Of a DNA stretch of 14,951 bases, positions 6,656-14,951 are shown one piece after another. Position 1 is the stretch's first letter. Every line of letters begins with the position of its first letter. A program made the translations under genes and the position numbers. Below the pieces are notes generated by a model that saw only the letters and a program-made list of their open reading frames with translations, was not told where the DNA came from and searched no databases. Source of the stretch: Polyangiaceae bacterium (GTDB taxonomy: Bacteria > Myxococcota_A > Polyangia > Polyangiales > Polyangiaceae); NCBI GenBank assembly GCA_044222475.1, contig JBGANF010000171.1, positions 1 to 14,951 on the forward strand. Direction: 5' to 3'.

Positions 6656-9600
6656 TCAGAATAGCTTTCCCTGATCTCCCGGCGGCTTCTTGGTCTTCGC
6701 CTTCTTCGGCTTCGCCGGCTCGGCCGGCGTCTTCGCGGAGGCGTGCTTCGCCGCCGGTCCCAGGCGCTCTTCTTCTCGCGCTCGTTCCGCGTTCAGGACG
6801 TAGAGGCGATCGATCACTTCGTCTTCGAACTGCTGCAGCGCTCGCTTGCCGGCTTCGTTCAACGGGCAGTACGGCGGCACCGCGAGATCGGTCCAGCCGT
6901 AGGCGTCGAGGACGGCGCGGTCCATCGCTTCGTGGAGGCGGCGCAGCTCGAGCACGCGCGCGTCGGTGCACGCGGGATCCTTCAGCGCGTTGTACGTCTT
7001 CGTGAGGCCCTGGTCGGTGTCGACCATGTACTTCGCGCGCGCGTCGTAGAGCGTCTGACCACTGGTTTCGAGCGCGGTGATCACTGCGCGCGGATCGGGC
7101 CTCGGGAACGGGAAGGTCTCGAAACACCGCGTGTTCGAATACGAGTGAGTCCCCGACACCCCGGTTGTCCTCCCCAGCACAGTTGCCCAGCCCAAGTGTA
7201 CCCGCGACTGCAGCACGGCGAAGGTCGACATCTGCCGACTACCGAGGACGTACAGCTTCTCGCTGAAGACCCGATCGCCCGTGGGCTGAAAGGAGAAGCA
7301 AAAATGTTGCGGGTCGCGGGCGATGACGAGGCACCGATCGAGTGACGCAATGGCGGCCCTCATGGCTGGTTGCACTTCGCCAAACCTCCACCAATTCAGC
7401 CGCCGCGACGCGCGATTGGCTCCGTCTCGCTCTCGCTTCACTTCGGAGCGCACGCGATCGATGAGGACCGGCCACTGCGCAGCCTCCTGAAGCGACATCT
7501 GGCCGAAATCGATCACGAAGCGGTCCGAGCCCTGCGTCGGACTCGTGTTTACGTCGTCCCCACCAAGGAACCTGAAGATCCTCTCCGCAGAATGTGGGTC
7601 GGCAGCAACAGCTTCGCGCCGCTCCGATTCGGTGAGAATGAAGCCCTGTCCAGCCAGTTCGCAGCCACGAAAGCTGACTTCAGCATTCTCGGCGAGTGGC
7701 TGCGGGTCTCGCTGTTCCGGGCCCTCGCGCAGTCGGGAATTGATCTCCGCCGCCGGGACACCGTTTATCCGTCGGACTGTCCCGACCGCAGCCGCCCTTC
7801 CGACCGCAAGCACAGCCGTGGCCACCGATACGGACGCGCCCCCGGGCCACACCATCGTGGGGACAGCGTCGAGAACAACAAAGCCCTCCGTCAGTAGGTG
7901 CTGCAGCCCGCTTATGCGCGTGTCGCCCTGGCTGATCTTGTCCGTCGCGACAAAGCCGAGCGTACCGTGCCGACCGAGCAATCCAGCCGCGCGGCGGAAG
8001 AAATGCGCGGCAAGGTCGCTCTTCCCGCCGCTTCCCGCGTGGACCTGAAAGAGCCAGTCGCGATAACAGGCCCCAAGCGTGCCTGAGATGTCCTTCTGGC
8101 CGAGAAATGGCGGGTTCCCGACGCAACCGTCCATTACGGCCGCGCCGTTCACCGCACCACCCTGAAGCGGGTCCGGCCTCTCCTCGAAGAAGACCTCCGG
8201 GAACTCGATCCACCAGTGGAACGGCGCAAGCTTCGCGCGCGCGTCTCGCGCCAGCGTCTCGAGCTCCGCCCCGGCCTCCGCGTTCCCGGCGAGCCACTGC
8301 TCCACGAGCGCGAGCCTTCGCTTTCGCTCTTTCTCCCTCGCCGCGTCCTTCGTCTCGGCGAAGAACGCTCCGACGCATGCGTCGGCGACGATGCGTACCC
8401 GATCGATCGCTTGCTGCGCGAAATCGAAGAGCCTTCGCTTCTCGCCCTGGGACACCGGGTCGTCGTGATCGGCCAGCTCGAGGAGCTCTTGCCGGAGCGC
8501 GACCGCCTGATCGAGGGCCTCGCGAAGTAGAACCCGGCACGTCTCCGTCTGCTTCGAGGGCGCCCAATGGAAGGACTCGATCTGCTTGAAATCGAGGCCC
8601 ACCAAGCTGTCGCCGTGGCGCAGCGCGTGATCGACGAACGTGAACGGGAGCGTCTTGCTCAACGTGACGAGCCACAGCGACAGCTTCGCCAGCTCCACCG
8701 CCGCTGCATTCTTGTCCACCCCGTAGAGGCACTTCTGCGCGACGAGCCGCCGCGCGTGGAGGTGCGCGTTCCCGTGCTCTTCGATCACGCGCGCGAGGGT
8801 TCCAGCGCGCGTCCACGCCGCGACGATCTCGCTGGCCAGCTCGCGGCACGTCGCCACGAGGAACGCGCCCGAGCCCATCGCGGGGTCGCAGATCTTGAGC
8901 TGAAGGATCTGCTCCGGCGTCCGTTCTGGACCGAGACACCCGAGGAGCGGCTCCAGCGTTCGGCGCACCACCTTCTCGGTGAGTGAGCGCGGCGTGTAGT
9001 GGCTGGCGGTGCGGCGTCGCTCTTCGCCAGCTTGAAGCACGAGCCGTCCGGCGGCGGCGCAGTGTTGCTCGTCCCCTTTGCGGACTGCCTCCAGCGCCGC
9101 AGAAACTGCTGCCTCGTCCTTCGCATCGCGCAGTGCCTTTTCGAGCGATTGCGCTGGCCCCGTGCCGAGGCCGACCGTCTCTTTGAGGTACTTCGCTCGG
9201 TCGCTCGCGCTCATCGCGCGGATCGCGTGCGACTCGACCCACACCCCGTGCTTGCCCATCCGAACGGCGGGGCTCTCGACGCGGAGCACGTGGAAGCCCA
9301 TCAGCGACTCGTACACGCTGCCGATCTGCTCGACGTCGAGCGTCCGGTAGCTCAAGCGCTGTCCCTCGAAGACGACCAAGCGTTGGAGCACGCGGTAGAT
9401 CGTGCCGTCGTCGAGGCTCGGCGGACGCGCCGCCGCGCGCGAAGCGGGATCGACCACGGCCGAGGTCCATCCCGGCAAGCCGCCTTCGAGGAACGGGTAC
9501 GCGTTGGGATCGAAGAGTCGACCGCGGCGCGGCGGCAGCTCGAGCGCGCCGTGCTTCACCCCGAAGAACACGGTGCGAAAGAGGGAGAGGAGCTGACCGT

Positions 9601-10696
9601 ACGCACCGAACCGGTGATGCATGCTCTCCGGGTGCGCGCCGGCGTCGTTCGTCAAGCGCGCGTGGAGACCGAAGAGGCTCAAGTGCTGAGCGAAGGTTCG
9701 ATCCTCGACGGGCAGCAAGCTCGAGTCCTCCGCGTAGAGGACGAACACCAGCCGCAAGACCACGCTCAAGATGCCTTGGTAGAAATGATCGTTCGGCTCT
9801 TCGAGCGCGGCGCGGAGCCAATCGGCGCTTCCGTCCCCGCCGGCGTCGCGCGCGGCGGCGGCTTCGAAGCCGGCGGTGAGGAGCTCGACGGCCTCGAAGA
9901 CTTGCTTCGCGAGATCGTCGGTGACGTCGGCCTGACGACGCCGGCTCTCGGCGAGCAGCCCTTCGAGCGTGTGCTCGGGTGACGCGGAGTACGCCCGCCG
10001 CGCATGGAGCAAGAGCTCGAGCGCCGCGAGGAGCGGGCGGCCATCGGAGCGCGCGAGGTGTTCCACGCGGAACGTGAGGTGGCCGGTGGTCTGATCGGCC
10101 GGCGCGTAGACGAGACGCAGCTCGCGCCCGTTGAAGAGGAAACCGACCGGAACCCCGGAGTGACGGAGGAGCCGCTCGAGCTTCGCGGTCGGCGGGTAGC
10201 GCCACGGGCCGGTCACCGCTTCGGGCTCGTCGAGATCGAGATCCCTTCCAGACTCGGTGAGATCCCAAAGCAGCGCCCAGTAGGGACTCGTGGGTTTGGC
10301 CTCGACCGCGGGCGCCTTCGGGGCGAACGTGGCGAACGGATCGTCGTCACCGAACGGACCGCGGCCGAGCGCGAAGCTCGGGACGATCTCCTGCCCTCCC
10401 TCGGCGGCATAGAACGAGAGCTCCTTCGGGAGCTCGCTCCGCGGGACGAGCATTCCCGGCGCGCCGTACCCGAGAAACTCGCGGAAGAAGCGCGCGAGTC
10501 TTTCGATCCGCGGCGGCTCCCCCGCGGCGAGCTGCGCCTCGAAGCGGGTCGTGATTTCGGCCGAGACCTCGGGCGCGATCTGGGCGTCGGCGAGGACCGG
10601 CACGCTGAACACGAGACCCTCGATCGGCTCTGCGAAACCGAGCCAAGTCTTGTGGAAAACGACGTCGCGATCTCTCACGTCATCATCTCCGGCCAC
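6656..10696 (-). CDS. drmMI: DISARM N6-adenine DNA methyltransferase DrmMI (Eco57I/type IIG-like)
   Basis: 1346 aa. SHYTPRSL, SAM-binding ICDPAMGSGAFL (~8860-8893), CLYGVDKN..AVELAKLSLWL, FHWWIEFPEVF, catalytic GNPPF (~8105-8119) and C-terminal EVIDRLYVLNAER. Overlaps the drmD end by 22 nt. Confidence 0.9.
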   Translation of the reverse strand: MAGDDDVRDRDVVFHKTWLGFAEPIEGLVFSVPVLADAQIAPEVSAEITTRFEAQLAAGEPPRIERLARFFREFLGYGAPGMLVPRSELPKELSFYAAEGGQEIVPSFALGRGPFGDDDPFATFAPKAPAVEAKPTSPYWALLWDLTESGRDLDLDEPEAVTGPWRYPPTAKLERLLRHSGVPVGFLFNGRELRLVYAPADQTTGHLTFRVEHLARSDGRPLLAALELLLHARRAYSASPEHTLEGLLAESRRRQADVTDDLAKQVFEAVELLTAGFEAAAARDAGGDGSADWLRAALEEPNDHFYQGILSVVLRLVFVLYAEDSSLLPVEDRTFAQHLSLFGLHARLTNDAGAHPESMHHRFGAYGQLLSLFRTVFFGVKHGALELPPRRGRLFDPNAYPFLEGGLPGWTSAVVDPASRAAARPPSLDDGTIYRVLQRLVVFEGQRLSYRTLDVEQIGSVYESLMGFHVLRVESPAVRMGKHGVWVESHAIRAMSASDRAKYLKETVGLGTGPAQSLEKALRDAKDEAAVSAALEAVRKGDEQHCAAAGRLVLQAGEERRRTASHYTPRSLTEKVVRRTLEPLLGCLGPERTPEQILQLKICDPAMGSGAFLVATCRELASEIVAAWTRAGTLARVIEEHGNAHLHARRLVAQKCLYGVDKNAAAVELAKLSLWLVTLSKTLPFTFVDHALRHGDSLVGLDFKQIESFHWAPSKQTETCRVLLREALDQAVALRQELLELADHDDPVSQGEKRRLFDFAQQAIDRVRIVADACVGAFFAETKDAAREKERKRRLALVEQWLAGNAEAGAELETLARDARAKLAPFHWWIEFPEVFFEERPDPLQGGAVNGAAVMDGCVGNPPFLGQKDISGTLGACYRDWLFQVHAGSGGKSDLAAHFFRRAAGLLGRHGTLGFVATDKISQGDTRISGLQHLLTEGFVVLDAVPTMVWPGGASVSVATAVLAVGRAAAVGTVRRINGVPAAEINSRLREGPEQRDPQPLAENAEVSFRGCELAGQGFILTESERREAVAADPHSAERIFRFLGGDDVNTSPTQGSDRFVIDFGQMSLQEAAQWPVLIDRVRSEVKRERDGANRASRRLNWWRFGEVQPAMRAAIASLDRCLVIARDPQHFCFSFQPTGDRVFSEKLYVLGSRQMSTFAVLQSRVHLGWATVLGRTTGVSGTHSYSNTRCFETFPFPRPDPRAVITALETSGQTLYDARAKYMVDTDQGLTKTYNALKDPACTDARVLELRRLHEAMDRAVLDAYGWTDLAVPPYCPLNEAGKRALQQFEDEVIDRLYVLNAERAREEERLGPAAKHASAKTPAEPAKPKKAKTKKPPGDQGKLF

Positions 10697-13600
10697 GCGA
10701 TCACGAGGCCGACCGGCGTGAGCCGCGCCATCCGGACTTCGTAGAGCGCCTCGATCGCCTTCGGCTCCGACGTGAGCTCGACCGCGACTTCACCGCGACG
10801 TCGGTCGAGGTGCCGGAGATCGAGATCGACTTGCCGCTTCTGCTCCTTGTCTTCCAGGCCGAAGAGATCGGCTTGGCGCAGGCGTGCCTCGGCCTTCTCG
10901 ATCGCAGCGCGCTGGCGTTCGAGGAGCACGCGCAGCTCGTCCGACTCGCGGCGCGCGCGCGACGCGAGCCCTCGCTGCGCCTCGGCGACGACGGCGTCGG
11001 CCTCGGCCTGAAGGTGTGGCCACAGCGCGCGGAACAGCTCGCTCGCGTGATCGCGGATGCGCTTCATCACCGTCGCGTTCGGGGCCTTCGCGGACGCGGC
11101 GAGCAGCCGCTCGGTCTTCGCGATCGCCGTCACCGCCGTCGCGCGATCCTTGTAGGGAGTCGCCGCGCTCGCGTCGCCGGACCATGCGGCCGCGATCGGG
11201 ACGAGCTGATCGTGCAGGCGCGCCGCCCCTGCCCCGAACAGCGTCTGCCGAGCGTATGCGATCACGCGGACGACGCTCTCGTCGGGTGCGATCACGGCCG
11301 TGACGCGGGAGAGATCGTGCGCGCCGAAGCCCTGGGCGAGGAACCGATCGAGGATCCGCTTCACGAGCGGATGCGCGAGGTGGAGCTGCTCCGCGTCTTC
11401 GCTGAGCCGCGTGAGCGGATGGAACGTGACCGGCCGTGGCGGACGCTTGCGCCAGTCCCAGAACGACTCGTCGCCCAGTCGCGGGGGCCGGAGTGTATCG
11501 AGGGTGGGATCCCACGTGGGCTCGAGCTTGGGCAACGAAAACGTCGGACGGCCGTCGCTCGTTGCGTCGCCCGGCACGAGCGGCCCCGCTCCTGCCATAC
11601 GGAGACCGATCTCGACGACGCCGCGCAGCGAATCGGGCTCGACCTCGAGTACGCGGCGCGAGCTCTCCAATCGACGGCCGGCGCGCTCGACCTCGCTGCG
11701 CACCGCTTCGAGGTCGTCGCGTCGGGTCTCCAGCTCGGCGTCGACGGTGGCGGATTTGAGGTCGGTTCCAATTCGCTCGACGGCCATCTGCGTCTTCGCC
11801 GAGATGCCTTGCTCCAGCGTTCGTTCGAGCTGGGTGAGGAGCACGGCGCCGAGCGAGCCGAGCTCATGCTCCACCGTGCGCACCTTGCGCATCACCGTGG
11901 CGAGAACCTTGTCTTCGGTACGTTCGGGGTAGACGAAGTAGTGGCAACGCACCTCTTCGGCCGGTTGCAGCGTGCGGTCGATGCGTCCGTTGCGCTGCTC
12001 GAGGCGCGCAGGGTTCCACGGGATGTCGATGTGGAAGAGATCGGCGCAGTGAGCTTGGAGGTTCACACCTTCGCGCGCGGCGTCGGTCGCCACGAGGATG
12101 CGCACCGGGTCGTCCTTCGGATCGCTGTTGAACGCTCGCTGCACGTCGGCGCGCGCGTCGTCGCCCATGCCGCCGTGAAACTGACGAATGCGATGCTCGC
12201 CGTCGTCGGTGTGAGCTACTGCGGCGGCGAGCAGCTCGACGAGGTAGCGCTTCGTGTCGGCGTACTCGGTGAAGAGCAGAACGCGTCGGGGCGACCACGT
12301 GCGCTTCGCCTTCGTATCTTCGCCGAGACCGACCGCGGGACACAGGTTCTCGCGGAGCCACGCGAAGAGCGCGAGCGTCTTGGCGTCGGGGGCGCGGCGC
12401 GCTTTCTCGGCGAGCGAACGCATCTCGGCGAGGAGCCCCTTGGCTTCGTCGGTCGGAGAGAGCGCGCTGCTCGACCGGGCGACCTCGGCGTCGCTCTCTT
12501 CGGCGCGGGCTTCGTCCGTAGCGCCGTAGAGCTCCACGTCGGTGGTCGTCTCCTCGGGCGCTGGGCGCGGCTCGAGCACGAGCTGGGTCGCCGTCGCCTT
12601 CAGTCCGCCGCGCTCCTCGATCCCCTGCATGTGCGCGCGCAACGTCCGCGCGAACGCCTCGGGGCTCGACAGAAGTCGCTGCTGAAGCGACACGAACGGA
12701 AATCGCCCTTGTCCCGAAGCGGGTGCGCATAGCTCGGTGTACCGCTCGAGCTTCGTCGCGAGCGCGAGCTCCATCGGCGCCGGACCTTCCAGCGCGGTCG
12801 CAGTGGTCGGTTGCTCGGTGCCCGTTTCGGCGTCGTAGGCAGTCTTCTCGATGCGCAGGCGACCGTTCGCGTGGGTGAGCGCGAACTGCACGAGGAGGCG
12901 GCGAGGAAACTTCTCCACGCCGAGCTTCCGCAGATCGCGCTTGAGACGCCGCACCATGATCGCGTCGAGGTCCTTCTTGCCCTCGACGGGAACGCCGCGG
13001 GTGAAGCGAACGGGGTCGAGGATCTCGAGGAGCGCGCTGAAGCTGTTCGAGTGGCCGTTGTGCGGCGTGGCCGAGAGGAAGAGCCGATTGTCGAAGCGGG
13101 GCGCAAGCTTGCGGATCACGCGCGTGATGTCGGTGTCGGTCGCGTACTTGCTCGCCGAGGCCGGAGCGGCGACGTGCGCCTCGTCGAGAATGAGCAGCCC
13201 TTTGCGCACGCGATCACCGAGATGGTTCAGGAGCGCATCCGCATGCTCGGGACGGCGAAGCAGCGCGTGGGAGACGATGAAGCGGTTGTGCGTGCTCCAC
13301 GGATTCGCGCCGAAGCCGCGCTCCTGGCGCCGATACGTCACGAACTGGCGCGTCATGACCTCGAAGCGGAGACCGAACCGCTTCTGCATCTCCCCTTGCC
13401 ACTGAAGGCAGACCGAAGCGGGGCACACGATGAGGACGAAGCTCGCTTGCTGGCGCAGGATGAGCTCCTGGAGGACCAATCCTGCCTCGATCGTCTTGCC
13501 AAGCCCGACGTCGTCGGCGATGAAGAGGTTCGCGCGCGGCAGCGAAAGCGCCTTTCGGAGCGGCGTGAGCTGGTGGTCGTGGAGCTCGATGCCGGCGCGG

Positions 13601-14252
13601 AAGGGCGACTGGAAGAGGCGCGCGTCCGTGGCGGTGACCGCGCTCCATTTGAGGGCGTGGAGGTACGCACCGAAGTGGCGCGGCGGATCGATTTGCGCGA
13701 CCTCACCGAGCCCGTGGGTCTCCGGTTGCAACACCTTCGAGCCGAGCTCCAGCTCCACAGCACCTCGAGCACGCGCCCGGCGTTGTCGTCGTCGAGGCAT
13801 ACCATGCGAACGCGCGTGGCGTGCCCCTCGGCGGGCGGCGGTACGACTTCCTCGACCAGCCACTGCCGGTGGCGCACAGCCACGATGTCGCCTGTGCGCG
13901 GCGCGTAGCGCGGGATCTCGCGCGCCTTGAACAACGGCGGGGGAGGGGCCGTGTCGAACGCGCCGTGCGCTTGGAGCAGCCGCTCGGCGAGCTCATGCCG
14001 CGCGCGCCCGCCCTCGTCGAGCCCGTGCCCGCGGCACGCCGCCTTGAGCTCGTCGCGCCCGAGCGCGCGCATGAGCCACTGAAATCCGCAGAGCCCGGAC
14101 GCCACGAGGGCGTTCACCTGCTCGTCCTTGGTAGCCGCGGGCGGAACCGCAATCCCGACGTCGCGCCCGAGATCCACGAGGCGGCCCTTCGTCAGCGTCG
14201 CGAAAACCGAGCGCGCACTCGGGGGAGAAGGGAGCGAGAACGTTTGAGCCAT
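10675..14252 (-). CDS. drmD: DISARM SNF2-like helicase DrmD, frameshifted at 13755-13756 (1192 aa if one G is restored)
   Basis: ORF 13353..14252 gives PRTGDIVAVRHRQWLVEEV...VCLDDDNAGRVLEVLW. ORF 10675..13863 continues ELELGSKV...FQSPFRAGI, LFIADDVGLGKTIEAG, LILDEAH, LSATPHNG, ATDAAREGVNLQ and PWNPARLEQRNGRIDR. The minus strand reads CTG TGG AGCTGGAG where CTG TGG GAG CTG GAG would join the two frames. Confidence 0.9.
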
Positions 14253-14443
14253 CTGGACGCTGCGACTGACTGCGCGCGAAGGATCCTAGCCCGCAAGAAC
14301 CGCGGCGATAAGGACGTCAGGCGGTCTTCTCGAAGACGTGCTCGACGTGCCACGCGAGCGCAGCGCTACTTCGGCGGCGCCTCCCGCGACTGCGGCGTCT
14401 GCCATCGCCTCCTCACGTGCTCCTCGGCGTGATCGTTCCGCGG

Positions 14444-14449
14444 TATCGT
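14444..14449 (+). promoter_or_regulatory. Putative -10 element of a leaderless transcript
   Basis: GCGG-TATCGT 7 nt upstream of ATG 14457; no Shine-Dalgarno. Same GCGG-TAnnnT...CGC-ATG context as dprA. Confidence 0.4.
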
Positions 14450-14456
14450 CTTCCGC

Positions 14457-14951
14457 ATGCGGCGCTTCGAGTACACGGAAGGCAGCTCGAGCAAGTTCTG
14501 GAGCATCGAGCTTGAAGACAAGGGCTTCCGCGTGCACTGGGGCCGGCTCGGGACGGCCGGCCAGAGCCAGGAAAAGAGCTTTGCCACGGCGGACAAGGCG
14601 CGCGCCGCGCATGACAAGCTGGTCGCGGAGAAGCTCGCGAAGGGATACGTCGAAGTCGCCGCTGGATCCGTGGCGCGTGGGGGCGCGCGATCGAGCGGTG
14701 GTGCTGCGGCCGCACCCGCACCGGTGCGCGCGCCTGCGCCCGCACCCGCACCGGCGCCCGCACCCGCAGCGGCGCCCGCACCCGCATCGGCACCCGCGGC
14801 GGTACCCGAGCCCGCACCCGCGGCCGCAGGTCTCTCCCCGCATGTCACGCCCGACCACGCGTATGACGCACCCGACGCCACGATCGTTTGGACCCCAAGC
14901 GTCGCGGCGCGTGTCGCTCCGCGCCGCGGCGGGCGCGCTCCGTTCGTGGCT
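14457..14951 (+). CDS. WGR-domain protein, partial (runs off the right edge)
   Basis: Not in the ORF track. Hand translation MRRFEYTEGSSSKFWSIELEDKGFRVHWGRLGTAGQSQEKSFATADKARAAHDKLVAEKLAKGYVE is a typical WGR domain, followed by an Ala/Pro linker. Confidence 0.9.
   Translation, partial: MRRFEYTEGSSSKFWSIELEDKGFRVHWGRLGTAGQSQEKSFATADKARAAHDKLVAEKLAKGYVEVAAGSVARGGARSSGGAAAAPAPVRAPAPAPAPAPAPAAAPAPASAPAAVPEPAPAAAGLSPHVTPDHAYDAPDATIVWTPSVAARVAPRRGGRAPFVA
14706..14828 (+). repeat. Coding tandem repeat (Ala-Pro linker)
   Basis: Three tandem 18-bp units GCGCCCGCACCCGCA(C/G/T)CG at 14736-14789 plus degenerate flanking copies, encoding APAPAPAPAPAAAPAPAS. Confidence 0.85.

Noticed and set aside
7680..12732. 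Long alternative ORFs (7680..10268 minus, 8999..9982 plus, 10810..12732 plus and others)
   Set aside because: Shadow frames of drmMI and drmD caused by the scarcity of stop codons at high GC.
14706..14828. Tandem repeats as a CRISPR array or iterons
   Set aside because: No spacers; in-frame Ala-Pro linker of the WGR gene.

Overview
High-GC window (composition and the flanking WGR gene suggest a myxobacterium; inference only) carrying the first three genes of a class 1 DISARM anti-phage locus on the minus strand: drmD (SNF2-like helicase, split by a 1-nt frameshift at 13755-13756, with a SAP/HeH-like N-terminal extension), drmMI (N6-adenine methyltransferase) and drmA (helicase, runs off the left edge and is missing from the ORF track). 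A ~4.9 kb block of six plus-strand genes lies between drmMI and drmA: a minimal DprA plus PRTase pair (ShosTA-like), an RxxxxH HEPN-like protein, a DUF4238 protein, a small EACC1-like protein, and a papain(C1)-like half-domain fused to a GNAT acetyltransferase. A RepB/ParB C-terminal remnant lies antisense between the HEPN-like and DUF4238 genes. Four genes have a TAnnnT hexamer 6-7 nt before the ATG and no Shine-Dalgarno, suggesting leaderless transcripts. A partial WGR-domain gene with an Ala-Pro linker starts at the right edge. The best candidate for an undescribed system is the small protein plus C1-GNAT pair inside this DISARM-nested hotspot. All family calls are from motif recognition by eye; no searches were run.
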